Positions 1 through 8,980 of a stretch of 64,000 bases of DNA are shown here, piece by piece. The translations under genes and the position numbers were made by a program. The notes beneath the pieces are model-generated. The model saw only the letters and a program-made list of their open reading frames with translations, ran no database searches and was not told the origin of the DNA. Positions within the stretch are counted from its first letter, which is position 1, and each line of letters starts with the position of its first letter. Location: NCBI GenBank assembly GCA_016432645.1, contig CP066698.1, forward strand, positions 197,062 to 261,061, given 5' to 3'. The DNA is from Candidatus Falkowbacteria bacterium. GTDB lineage: Bacteria; Patescibacteriota; Patescibacteriia; Patescibacteriales; UBA12465.

Positions 1-1
1 A

Positions 2-1081
2 AGCAAACCCACTCCGGAAACAATCGCCGAAATGAAAACTTTAGGCGAAAGAATTAAGAAATTGGAAGAAGATTTGAATACGACGGAAACAGAGTTTTTG
101 GAAGCTATGTCAGAATTGCCAAATATACCGGCCGCTGATGTCTTGCCGGGAGGTAAAGAAAATAATGAGGTTATCCATACTTATGGCCAAAAACCAAAGT
201 TTGATTTCGAGCCCAAGGATCACGTCGAACTAGCAACTTCCTTAGGTTTAGTCGATTATGAGCGGGCGGCGAAAATGTCCGGTTCTGGCTTCTGGTGCTA
301 TACCGGAGTCGGGGCGCAATTAGAATGGGCCTTGCTTAATTATTTTATTGATTTTCATACCAAGAATGGCTATCAATTCTTGATTCCACCATTTTTACTG
401 ACTGAAAAGTCAGCTTATACTTCCGGACATCTGCCGAAATTCCGCGATGATTTATTTTGGACTCAGGATGCACTCTGCTTGAATGCCACCAGTGAGATGA
501 TGCTGGGTAATTATCATCGCGATGAAATCTTACCGATTGAAGAACTGCCTAAAAAATATTTTGCCTACTCGGCTTGTTTTAGAAGGGAAGCGGGTAGTTA
601 TCGCCAGGAAGAGCGCGGTATGATTCGTGGCCATCAGTTCAATAAAATTGAAATGTTTATTTTTTCTAAACCGGAAGAAAGCTGGAAAATGTTTGCTGAG
701 ATGGTTAATAATGCCCAAAAGTTGATGGAGGGTTTAAATCTTAATTTCCAAATTTCTAAATTGGCAGCGGGTGATGCCAGCGCCGCGATGGCTAAGACTT
801 ATGACATTGAAGTTTATATACCAAGCATGGGTATTTATAAGGAAGTTAGCAGCGCCTCTAACGCCCTTGATTACCAGGCGCGTCGCGGACAAGTTCGTTA
901 TAAAAATCCCGCGACCGGCAAGAATGAATTTGTCCATACTCTAAATGCTTCCGGTTTGGCGACTAGCCGCTTGTTACCGGCGATTTTAGAGCAAAACCAA
1001 CAGGCTGACGGCTCGGTTATTATTCCAAAAGTTTTGCGCCAGTATTTACCGAAGAGGATGAAAGTAATCAAAAAAGCTTAA
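2..1081 (+). CDS. serS: seryl-tRNA synthetase, C-terminal ~360 aa (5' end is outside the window)
   Basis: Class II aaRS core in the translation (FRREAGS, GHQFNKIEMF, TLNASGLATSRLL). The reading frame stays open upstream of the listed ATG at 32, back to position 2. Confidence 0.9.
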   Translation, partial: SKPTPETIAEMKTLGERIKKLEEDLNTTETEFLEAMSELPNIPAADVLPGGKENNEVIHTYGQKPKFDFEPKDHVELATSLGLVDYERAAKMSGSGFWCYTGVGAQLEWALLNYFIDFHTKNGYQFLIPPFLLTEKSAYTSGHLPKFRDDLFWTQDALCLNATSEMMLGNYHRDEILPIEELPKKYFAYSACFRREAGSYRQEERGMIRGHQFNKIEMFIFSKPEESWKMFAEMVNNAQKLMEGLNLNFQISKLAAGDASAAMAKTYDIEVYIPSMGIYKEVSSASNALDYQARRGQVRYKNPATGKNEFVHTLNASGLATSRLLPAILEQNQQADGSVIIPKVLRQYLPKRMKVIKKA

Positions 1082-1084
1082 ATC

Positions 1085-3112
1085 ATGAAAAAAATTATTG
1101 GTTTTTTACTTTTAGTTTTGGCATTGTATCCGCTTAATTTGCAGGCGGCTAGCCTTAAAAGCGTCTATCCGCGTTTAGCCAACTATTATTTGAGATGGGA
1201 ATTAAGTTTAGATGAAGCTCGGCAGTTGGCCAAGTGGGATTTATTAGTTTTAGATATGGAAGTGCAAGAAAATAGTCCCGAGGCCATTGATTTAATTAGA
1301 GAATTAAATCCGCAAGTAATCATTTTAGCTTACATTACTTCGCAAGAAATTATTGATGGTATCGAAAATTCCGCGGGCGGGACTAATGCTTATTTGCGCA
1401 GCGAGCTTAGCCGCAACATTGATGCTTCTTGGTGGTTGAAAGATCAGCAGGGAAATCGCGTTTCTAATTGGCCCTATACCTACATGCTGAACCTCTCCGA
1501 TGGCGCCGGCAAAAATTCAGCTAATCAGCACTTTAATGATTATTTGCCGGAGTTTGTTAACAATAAATTAGCGCAGAGTGGTTTTTTTGATGGAGTTTTT
1601 TATGATAATACTTGGGGTGATATTGCCTGGGTAAATAACGGTAATCTTGATGTAAATAATGACGGCCAAAAGGATACTGTTGCTCAGGCCAATAGTCTTT
1701 GGTCATCCGGCTTTAAAAAAATGCTCGAAAAAACTAGAGCTTTGGTCGGTGATGATTTTATTATTGCCGGCAACGGAAATATTTTTGCTGATTACCAAAA
1801 AATAATTAACGGCATGATGCTAGAATCCTTCCCCTCAAGTTGGGAAAATGGCGGCACTTGGGCTGGTTCCATGGAAAGTTATTTAAAATTTCCCGCCCTC
1901 AACCGCTACCCCCAAGTGCCGATTATTAATGTTAATAAAAAAAATCAATTTGATTATAGTGCCTTCCGTTTTGGATTAACGAGTACGCTTCTGGGGAATG
2001 GTTTTTATAGCTTTGATTATGATACTACAGCTCATGATCAGCTATGGTGGTATGACGAATATGATATAAATTTGGGTCCCGCCAGAAGCGCGGCCTATAA
2101 TCTGCTAGATATCAATAATCCGGTCTGGAAGTCCGGACTCTGGCGCCGCGATTTTAAATATGGTTCCGTGATTGTTAATTCTACCGCTAGCAGCCAGCAA
2201 TATATTTTTAAACAGGAGGAATTTGAAAAGCTTAAAGGCTTGCAAAATCCGTTGTTCAATAATGGCCAGAAAATCAGCTATTTAAAACTAGCACCCAAGG
2301 ATGGCGCCGTATTGCTCAAAAAATCAGATAGCATCGTCAATGCAACTTTTGTTAATGGTTATTTTTACCGTTTTTTTAACCTCCAGGGACAGCAAGTAAA
2401 AAATGGTGCCTTCTCCTATTCCAATGCGTATCCGGCGGGCGAGCAGGTGATAATTGCCGATGGCAACCAAAGTGAAATCGAGGATGTTAACATGTATACT
2501 AAAAGCGGGCAAGTTGTTTTAGGAAAAAATGGTACTAAGCTATCTTCATTCTATCCTTATGGTTCACTTTTTCGCAGACAACTTAATTTGGCAGCGGAAA
2601 TTAATGACGGTTATTTTAAACTAGCCGTTACCGGCCCGACAGCTGGCGGCGGTCCGCAAGTAATGGTCTATAGCGCTGATGGAAAATTAAAAAATAGTTT
2701 TTTTGCTTATGATAAAAAATTACGCGGCGGCGTCAGCGTCGCGCTCGGCGATGTGGATGGCGACGGTCAAACGGAAGTTATTACCGGCGCCGGCAAAGGC
2801 GATGAACCAACAGTTAAGATATTTACAATCAGTGGCAAATTAGAAAATAGTTTCTTAGCTTATGATAAGCGCTTTAAGGGCGGCATAGAAATTGCGGTTG
2901 GCGATGTGGATGGCGACGGCCAAGCGGATATTGTCACCGGACCCGGACCAAGCGGCGGTCCGCATGTACGCATTTTTTCCGGGAGCGGTGAATTGATGGC
3001 ACAGTTTTTTGCTTTTAACGCTTCTTATCATGATGGTTTAAAAATTTCTTTAAGCGATGTTAATTATGATGGTACCTTAGAAATTTTAACCGGTGTTAAA
3101 AATTTCTATTAA
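1085..3112 (+). CDS. secreted protein: N-terminal GHL-type (putative glycoside-hydrolase-like TIM barrel) domain plus C-terminal FG-GAP/VCBS repeats
   Basis: Signal peptide. Repeated GDVDGDGQxE(V/I)(I/V)TG motifs. The N-terminal domain is paralogous to the ORF at 24273-25553. Confidence 0.6.
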   Translation: MKKIIGFLLLVLALYPLNLQAASLKSVYPRLANYYLRWELSLDEARQLAKWDLLVLDMEVQENSPEAIDLIRELNPQVIILAYITSQEIIDGIENSAGGTNAYLRSELSRNIDASWWLKDQQGNRVSNWPYTYMLNLSDGAGKNSANQHFNDYLPEFVNNKLAQSGFFDGVFYDNTWGDIAWVNNGNLDVNNDGQKDTVAQANSLWSSGFKKMLEKTRALVGDDFIIAGNGNIFADYQKIINGMMLESFPSSWENGGTWAGSMESYLKFPALNRYPQVPIINVNKKNQFDYSAFRFGLTSTLLGNGFYSFDYDTTAHDQLWWYDEYDINLGPARSAAYNLLDINNPVWKSGLWRRDFKYGSVIVNSTASSQQYIFKQEEFEKLKGLQNPLFNNGQKISYLKLAPKDGAVLLKKSDSIVNATFVNGYFYRFFNLQGQQVKNGAFSYSNAYPAGEQVIIADGNQSEIEDVNMYTKSGQVVLGKNGTKLSSFYPYGSLFRRQLNLAAEINDGYFKLAVTGPTAGGGPQVMVYSADGKLKNSFFAYDKKLRGGVSVALGDVDGDGQTEVITGAGKGDEPTVKIFTISGKLENSFLAYDKRFKGGIEIAVGDVDGDGQADIVTGPGPSGGPHVRIFSGSGELMAQFFAFNASYHDGLKISLSDVNYDGTLEILTGVKNFY

Positions 3113-3124
3113 TTTTTTACGCAT

Positions 3125-4213
3125 ATGTTTAAAAGAATCGGCCGCCATTTAAAATGGCGTTTGGAAAAATTTTATCGCCCTAATAAATGGCATCTGATTT
3201 TAGATATTTCTTTAATCACGGTTATTGTGACGCTCATCGCCATCGTCATTGGCCTTTATCTGTATAATCCTAAAATTGATTTACGTAAAATAAATTTACC
3301 AAATTGGATTGCCCCGGCTAATCCGCAAATAGACCTTAATAACCCGCCGCTGGCGGCGACGGTTAAAGTTTTAGAGACCGCTATTTATCCCGATTCGAGT
3401 CTTAAAATTGAAATTGCTTTAGAGAATAAAGGCGATGATGATGTAAAAAATTTGAGTCTGGATTTGGTGATTAATAACAGTTATTTTGCAATTTATAAAA
3501 TAGAAGAAGTATCACCCCAAGACCAGATTGGCGACTATCAGCTGAACATTTCCGGGACTAAGATTATGATTAGCAATTTGCCAGCGGGAATGACTGCTTC
3601 TAAAACCTTAAAGATAAATTTTAAATCCGATGTTAAGAGCGCTAATTTAATAAATTGGCAGGCTAATGTTGAATATTATTTTTATAAACAATTATTTAAA
3701 AACACCATTCCTTTATCTGATATAAAGGTGGCCGCTAAAATTCAAGCGCGCGCCGCAGTTTATTATAATAGCCCCCAAGGCGATCAATTAGGTTCCGGCC
3801 CACTGCCGCCAGTCGTTGATTTGCCGACCGATTTTTGGGTATTTTTTAAAGCTGAGCCGACCGGCGACTTTAATAATTTTGTGATGAGCGCCAAATTACC
3901 GGACAATGTCTCTTTTACTGACAATTCTTCGCTGTTAGCTGGTAATTTAATTTATAATAAAGATACGCGCCAGGTAATTTGGAAGGTGGATAGTTTAAGC
4001 GCCGGTAGCGATAATTATCGGGCTGGGTTTGAATTAGAGCTGGTTCCGGAGACTAAGCAGGTCGGAAAAAATGCGCTCCTGGCCGGCGATATTCGTTTTC
4101 AGGCGGAAGATATTTTTAGCGGTTTGAATGATAATGGAAAAATTGAATCCCTTGATACCAGCTTAAATGAAGACCTAGTTAATAAAGGGAATGGCCAAGT
4201 AATTAGCGAATAA
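3125..4213 (+). CDS. membrane-anchored hypothetical protein with a CARDB/DUF11-like beta-sandwich segment
   Basis: One N-terminal TM helix. The LKIEIALENKGDDDVKNLSLDLVIN pattern is typical of CARDB-like domains. Tightly packed in the operon. Confidence 0.55.
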   Translation: MFKRIGRHLKWRLEKFYRPNKWHLILDISLITVIVTLIAIVIGLYLYNPKIDLRKINLPNWIAPANPQIDLNNPPLAATVKVLETAIYPDSSLKIEIALENKGDDDVKNLSLDLVINNSYFAIYKIEEVSPQDQIGDYQLNISGTKIMISNLPAGMTASKTLKINFKSDVKSANLINWQANVEYYFYKQLFKNTIPLSDIKVAAKIQARAAVYYNSPQGDQLGSGPLPPVVDLPTDFWVFFKAEPTGDFNNFVMSAKLPDNVSFTDNSSLLAGNLIYNKDTRQVIWKVDSLSAGSDNYRAGFELELVPETKQVGKNALLAGDIRFQAEDIFSGLNDNGKIESLDTSLNEDLVNKGNGQVISE

Positions 4214-4219
4214 AATTTT

Positions 4220-5377
4220 ATGCTGGACATAATTAGAAAAATAATTAAGCCGAAATACGAAACTTTAAATTGGCTGGAAATTGATGCCGGCAAAATTATC
4301 GCTAATTATAATTACCTAAAAAGCCTTCAAAGAGAGGCTGAGGTTTTTCCGGTGTTAAAAGCGAACGCCTATGGGCATGGCTTAAAAGAAATTTGCCAAA
4401 TTTTAAATAAAACCACGGCTAAAATGGTCGTAGTTGATTCTTATCCGGAGGCTCAAATCGCTTATCGCTATTTTAAAGGCCGAGTTTTAATTTTAGGAGA
4501 AATGCCGCTAGGCGCTTACCGTTATACTAAATTAAAAAGGACTGAGTTTGTAGTTTATAATGAGGAGACCTTAAGATATTTATCGCGCTTTGGAAATCGG
4601 GTTCATATTCATTTGTTTATTAATTCCGGCATGAACAGGGAAGGGATAAAAGATATCCGCAGCTTTATTAATAATAATAAGAAATATCTTGATAAAATAA
4701 AACTAAGCGGCCTCTGCTCTCATTTAGCCGCTGCCGATAGCACTTCAATTTTAAATGCCACCCAAGAAGATGCTTTTATGGACGCGCTTGATGTTTTAAA
4801 AATAGCTGGTTATTTTCCGCGCTGGGTTCACCTCGGAAATTCAGCGGCCATTTTTAAAACTGATAATAAATTTTTAACTGCGTATCGTCCCGGCTTAGCT
4901 CTTTATGGCTATAGTCCTTTTATGGCGGACGACGAACAGGAAACTAAATTACAGCCGGCCTTAGAATTATTTTCCCGAATAGTCTCTGTTCAAAGCCTGC
5001 GCGCCAACGAAAGCGTTTCTTACAATGAAACCTACCGCGCCTCGCAAGATACCAAAATTGCCACGATTCCTTTTGGTTATTTTGAAGGCTTGGACCGGCG
5101 GCTTTCTAATAAGGCGGAATTCTTAATTTTAAGCCAACGAAATTTTTGGGCGCGAATCGCCGGGCGAGTATGCATGAATTTAAGTTCCCTGGAAATTAAA
5201 AATAATGAAGTTAAGATCGGCGATAAGGTTAAGCTAATAAGCAATAATCCCGACGAGCCTAATTCCATTGCTCATCTAGCAAGCCTAATGGGAACGATTT
5301 CCTATGAACTACTTGTAAAAATACAGGCCAATATTAGGCGTTATATAATAAATAATCCTAAAAATAAAAATGCATAA
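4220..5377 (+). CDS. alr: alanine racemase
   Basis: PLP-lysine motif VLKANAYGHG; length and C-terminal beta domain fit Alr. Confidence 0.9.
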   Translation: MLDIIRKIIKPKYETLNWLEIDAGKIIANYNYLKSLQREAEVFPVLKANAYGHGLKEICQILNKTTAKMVVVDSYPEAQIAYRYFKGRVLILGEMPLGAYRYTKLKRTEFVVYNEETLRYLSRFGNRVHIHLFINSGMNREGIKDIRSFINNNKKYLDKIKLSGLCSHLAAADSTSILNATQEDAFMDALDVLKIAGYFPRWVHLGNSAAIFKTDNKFLTAYRPGLALYGYSPFMADDEQETKLQPALELFSRIVSVQSLRANESVSYNETYRASQDTKIATIPFGYFEGLDRRLSNKAEFLILSQRNFWARIAGRVCMNLSSLEIKNNEVKIGDKVKLISNNPDEPNSIAHLASLMGTISYELLVKIQANIRRYIINNPKNKNA

Positions 5378-6218
5378 ATGGCAAGGAAAAAATAAGCGCA
5401 TCAAAAAAGATTACCAGTGTAAGAATTTAAAGAATCCTTTTTTTCGGAAAAAAGAAAAGCCAAAAAACGTTGGTTTAAAAAAATATTTTTTGATTTTAAT
5501 TTTGGCGGCGATTATCGCTTTGGTTTGGTTTTTTTTAGCCTCCTCTTTTTGGCGTTTAAAAAATATTGAAATTGAGGGCTTAACCAGGTTCGATTCGTCG
5601 GAAATTAAAAATATTATTTTGGCCAGGGAAGGCGAGAGGCGCTGGTTATTTTTTAGAGAAAGTAATTTTTTTCTTTTTCAAACAGAAGAAGTGCAGTTAG
5701 AAATTTTAAATAAATATAATTTTGCTGATTTGCAGGTTAATAAAAAAATCCCGGGAACGATAAAACTGAAAATAAGTGAACGCCCTTATTCTTTTATTTT
5801 TCAAGAGGGAAGTAATTATTTTTATGCCGCCAGCGATGGCTATGTTATCAAAGAGATACCGGTTAGCCCCGATGATATGCTTAAATATTTTATTTTAGAA
5901 AATAAGAGCGATTCGGTTGCCATTAACGACCAAAATAAAATAACTTTAAAAGATGATTATTTAAAATTTATTTTAAACCTTAACCAAATTTTGACTGCTT
6001 ATCCCGATTTACCGGTAGAGAAATTTATTATCGATCAAGAGCTAAATTCGGCTATTGTTAAGTTTAAAGACGGGCCAGCCGCTTATTTCAGCACTAAAGA
6101 AGATGCCGCTGAACAGGTTGAGTATCTAGCTCTTGTCAAAAAGGAAAAAATAAGGGATAATTTTAACAAGACTAATTACATTGATTTGCGTTACGGTAGT
6201 CGAATTTTTATCAATTAA
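5370..6218 (+). CDS. FtsQ/DivIB-like cell-division protein (TM helix plus POTRA)
   Basis: Basic N-terminus, single TM helix, then a POTRA-like segment (LKNIEIEGLTRFDSSEIKNII). The start overlaps the alr stop by 8 nt. Confidence 0.6.
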   Translation: MHKWQGKNKRIKKDYQCKNLKNPFFRKKEKPKNVGLKKYFLILILAAIIALVWFFLASSFWRLKNIEIEGLTRFDSSEIKNIILAREGERRWLFFRESNFFLFQTEEVQLEILNKYNFADLQVNKKIPGTIKLKISERPYSFIFQEGSNYFYAASDGYVIKEIPVSPDDMLKYFILENKSDSVAINDQNKITLKDDYLKFILNLNQILTAYPDLPVEKFIIDQELNSAIVKFKDGPAAYFSTKEDAAEQVEYLALVKKEKIRDNFNKTNYIDLRYGSRIFIN

Positions 6219-6223
6219 GATGT

Positions 6224-6364
6224 ATGGAAGGAGCCTTTAAATTTCTATTTGGTTTAGCTATCTTCATTTTCGGTTTAGTTTCGGCTGGAATATTTCTCCT
6301 AGTTATTAAGATTATTTTGTTATTTCAACCCCAAGTCCATTTTATGGGCTTATTAATAAGTTAG
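6224..6364 (+). CDS. possible 46-aa hydrophobic micro-protein (MEGAFKFLFGLAIFIFGLVSAGIFLLVIKIILLFQPQVHFMGLLIS)
   Basis: An ATG ORF 5 nt after the ftsQ-like stop, shorter than the ORF-track cutoff. Hydrophobic throughout, but T-rich DNA gives such peptides by chance. Confidence 0.25.
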   Translation: MEGAFKFLFGLAIFIFGLVSAGIFLLVIKIILLFQPQVHFMGLLIS

Positions 6365-6478
6365 AATTTTTCTTTAAAATATTGCCCGGAGTTGTTTTCA
6401 TTAAATTAAGTTTTTTAGGTTATGTTTATTTGTTTTTAATTGTGTTTAAGTTGATTGTTTTTTATCTTTATATAAAGA

Positions 6479-6508
6479 AGAGGCCCACCGGGTAGACCTC
6501 TTTTTTTC
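6479..6508 (+). terminator. intrinsic terminator (AGAGGCCC-ACC-GGGtagaCCTCT plus T7)
   Basis: GC hairpin followed by TTTTTTT on the + strand. Confidence 0.6.
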
Positions 6509-6519
6509 TCCTTCATTAT

Positions 6520-6547
6520 AGGTGTATTAATATACATTATGCGAAGT
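6520..6547. other. dif-like Xer recombination site (11-6-11): minus-strand reading ACTTCGCATAA-TGTATA-TTAATACACCT
   Basis: 16 contiguous nt (CGCATAATGTATATTA) are identical to E. coli dif. The outer ACTTC matches the B. subtilis dif left arm. The site lies ~85 nt upstream of the xer gene. Confidence 0.5.
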
Positions 6548-6633
6548 ATTGATATGCCTGAAATATGGCCTTTTTGGGGCTTTTGGCTACTCTACCCCTC
6601 GGTTATTAATAAAAAAACTGCTATAATTAAAAC

Positions 6634-7590
6634 ATGGAAAATAAACCAATAATTAAATATTTAATTGACTTCCTCGATTTCTGTGAGATTGAAAAAGGAT
6701 TATCGACTAAGACTCAAGAAAATTATACCCGCTTCCTAAGGAAGTTTTTTGGCTGGCTCAAAGAGTCTCAACTTGAGGCCCTAAAGCCCTCTCAGCTGAC
6801 CCCAGACCATGTTTGGCGCTATAAAGTCTATCTTTCCCGGCACATAGACCCTAAGACCAAAAAGACCCTAAAAAAGACGACTCAGAACTACTATTTAATA
6901 GCCCTGAGGTCGCTACTAGGCTTCTTTGTTGAAAAAGACATTTCTTCCCTGTCGCCTTCAAAAATAAAACTAGCGAAGGATAAGGCGGATAAAGAAATAA
7001 AATTTTTAACGCTGGAACAATTAAAAAATCTTTTAGCCGCGCCAGATTCATCTATCATTGGTTTGCGTGATAAAGCGCTTCTAGAAACCCTATTTTCTAC
7101 CGGGCTGCGGGTAGCCGAACTAGCCGCTTTGAACCGCGATCAGGTTAGGATTAAGGACAATACGGATGAGTTGGAAATTGCCGTCATTGGCAAAGGCTCT
7201 AAGATTCGTACTGTTTATTTTTCCAAAAGAGCGGTATCTTCCCTGCGCAATTATTTAAAAAAACGCTTTGATTTGGATGAGGCATTATTTATTAATTATA
7301 AACGCGGCTGGGAAAAAAACTTAAGCGACAAATCACGCCGTCTGACGGTTAAAAGCATTGAAGATATTGTTAAAAAATACGTGGTAATTACCGGTTTGCC
7401 AGTCATGGCCACGCCCCATACTTTGAGGCACTCCTTTGCCACTGACCTGCTTAATCAAGGCGTTGATTTGCGCACTGTTCAAGAATTCTTGGGCCATAGC
7501 AACATTGCTACCACCCAAATTTACACGCACGTGACCAATAAACAGCTCAAGGATATTCATAAGAAAGTTCACGATAGTCATCATTTTTAA
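6634..7590 (+). CDS. tyrosine recombinase, XerC/XerD family
   Basis: SAM-like N-terminal domain. Catalytic residues: R in GLRVAEL, HTLRHSFAT, LGHSNIATTQIYTHV (H and Y). Confidence 0.9.
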   Translation: MENKPIIKYLIDFLDFCEIEKGLSTKTQENYTRFLRKFFGWLKESQLEALKPSQLTPDHVWRYKVYLSRHIDPKTKKTLKKTTQNYYLIALRSLLGFFVEKDISSLSPSKIKLAKDKADKEIKFLTLEQLKNLLAAPDSSIIGLRDKALLETLFSTGLRVAELAALNRDQVRIKDNTDELEIAVIGKGSKIRTVYFSKRAVSSLRNYLKKRFDLDEALFINYKRGWEKNLSDKSRRLTVKSIEDIVKKYVVITGLPVMATPHTLRHSFATDLLNQGVDLRTVQEFLGHSNIATTQIYTHVTNKQLKDIHKKVHDSHHF

Positions 7591-7625
7591 ATGAATATTT
7601 AAGACACTTCCCTTTTAATATTAGC

Positions 7626-7656
7626 AAAAAACACCCCAGTTCAGAGGTGTTTTTTA
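7626..7656. terminator. bidirectional terminator between the convergent xer and M23 genes
   Basis: AAAAAACACC-loop-GGTGTTTTTT. Confidence 0.7.
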
Positions 7657-7684
7657 TCTAATTTTTTTCTTTATTTTAAACCTT

Positions 7685-8923
7685 TTATGGCATGTAGTTG
7701 AGCGGATTAACCGGAATACCGTTCTTTCTGACCTCAAAATGGAGATGGGGGCCAGTGGTAAATGGACCGGCGCCGGCGGTGCCTGGAGTTGCCCCGGTCT
7801 TACCAATTACCTGCCCTTTAACCACATACTGGTCAACGCTAACTGAAACGGCCGAAACGTGACCATAAACCGTGGATAGGTTGTTGCCGTGAATAATCAT
7901 AATATAGGCATAGTTCTTGGAACCATCAAACTTAACCTTAGCGACATAGCCGTCGGCTGCTGCCCTTAAAGTGCTTCCTTGAGGAGCGCGGATATCAATC
8001 GCCGGGTGTTCACCGATAATCTTACGGAAAGGATAATCCGGGTCATGGAAACCGGTGGTAATATAATTTTTAGATACTGGCCAAGCAATTACACTGTCCC
8101 CATCCTCTAGGCGGTTCTTATCTTTCTGGGACATCTTTTGGCGGATAGCATTTTCGGCATTAGCAATATCAATTTGCGCTTGTTGCTGTTCGGCGCGCGC
8201 CTTAGCTAGCAAAGATTGAAAAGCCTTTTCGGAAGACTTGGTTTCGGCTAGAATACTGGTTTTACTTTCTTGGTCAAACAAGAGTCCTTCCTTTTTTTCT
8301 TCCAACTTGATTTTTAAAGCGGCTAAGTCACCATTCTTCCCTTCCAAGACTTCTTTATTTTTATCCAGCTGTTCTTTTTGTTGCTTTAAATCATTAACAC
8401 TAGCGCCAATTTCAGTATTGGCGTCCTCTAAATATTTTACTTGATTTAAGAAATCGGACAAAGAATCATTTAATAATAAAGCTTCAAGGGCCGTTGTCTG
8501 TTCTTGTTTATAAACCAGGCGCAATAAATTAGAAATATGTAATTTCTGTTCTTCAATTTTTTTGTTCAAATTTTCGGTGTCAATTTCAATTTTTTTAATT
8601 TCTAGGTTCGTTTTATCAATTTCCAGAGTTGTTTCTTCAATATCTAGGGCTGCCTTCCCTAAGCGATTTTCAATCACGGCCAGTTGATTACTTAAACTCG
8701 CTTGATCGTTTTGTTTGGCGATTATCTGTGCTTGATATTCTTTTTGTTTGGCCTGCAAAGCGTCTATTTGTTTCTTTTGATTTTGGATCTTTATATTTAA
8801 AGCATCTATTTCTTGGTCAATATCAAGATTAATCAAGGCATTTGAGGAGTGCCCGGAGCTGATAATAAATAGACTCAAAAATATTAAAAAGGCTGATTTA
8901 AAAAGTTTATTTTTCATGTTCAC
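7685..8923 (-). CDS. coiled-coil M23 family metallopeptidase (EnvC-like murein hydrolase/activator)
   Basis: Signal peptide, ~250 aa Q/E/K-rich coiled coil, C-terminal M23 motifs (HPAIDI, GPHLHFEV). Confidence 0.85.
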   Translation of the reverse strand: MNMKNKLFKSAFLIFLSLFIISSGHSSNALINLDIDQEIDALNIKIQNQKKQIDALQAKQKEYQAQIIAKQNDQASLSNQLAVIENRLGKAALDIEETTLEIDKTNLEIKKIEIDTENLNKKIEEQKLHISNLLRLVYKQEQTTALEALLLNDSLSDFLNQVKYLEDANTEIGASVNDLKQQKEQLDKNKEVLEGKNGDLAALKIKLEEKKEGLLFDQESKTSILAETKSSEKAFQSLLAKARAEQQQAQIDIANAENAIRQKMSQKDKNRLEDGDSVIAWPVSKNYITTGFHDPDYPFRKIIGEHPAIDIRAPQGSTLRAAADGYVAKVKFDGSKNYAYIMIIHGNNLSTVYGHVSAVSVSVDQYVVKGQVIGKTGATPGTAGAGPFTTGPHLHFEVRKNGIPVNPLNYMP

Positions 8924-8980
8924 ATTATATCATTTTTTTGGTTTTTTGTAAAATAAAATTGGCTTAACTCCACCTTAAAA

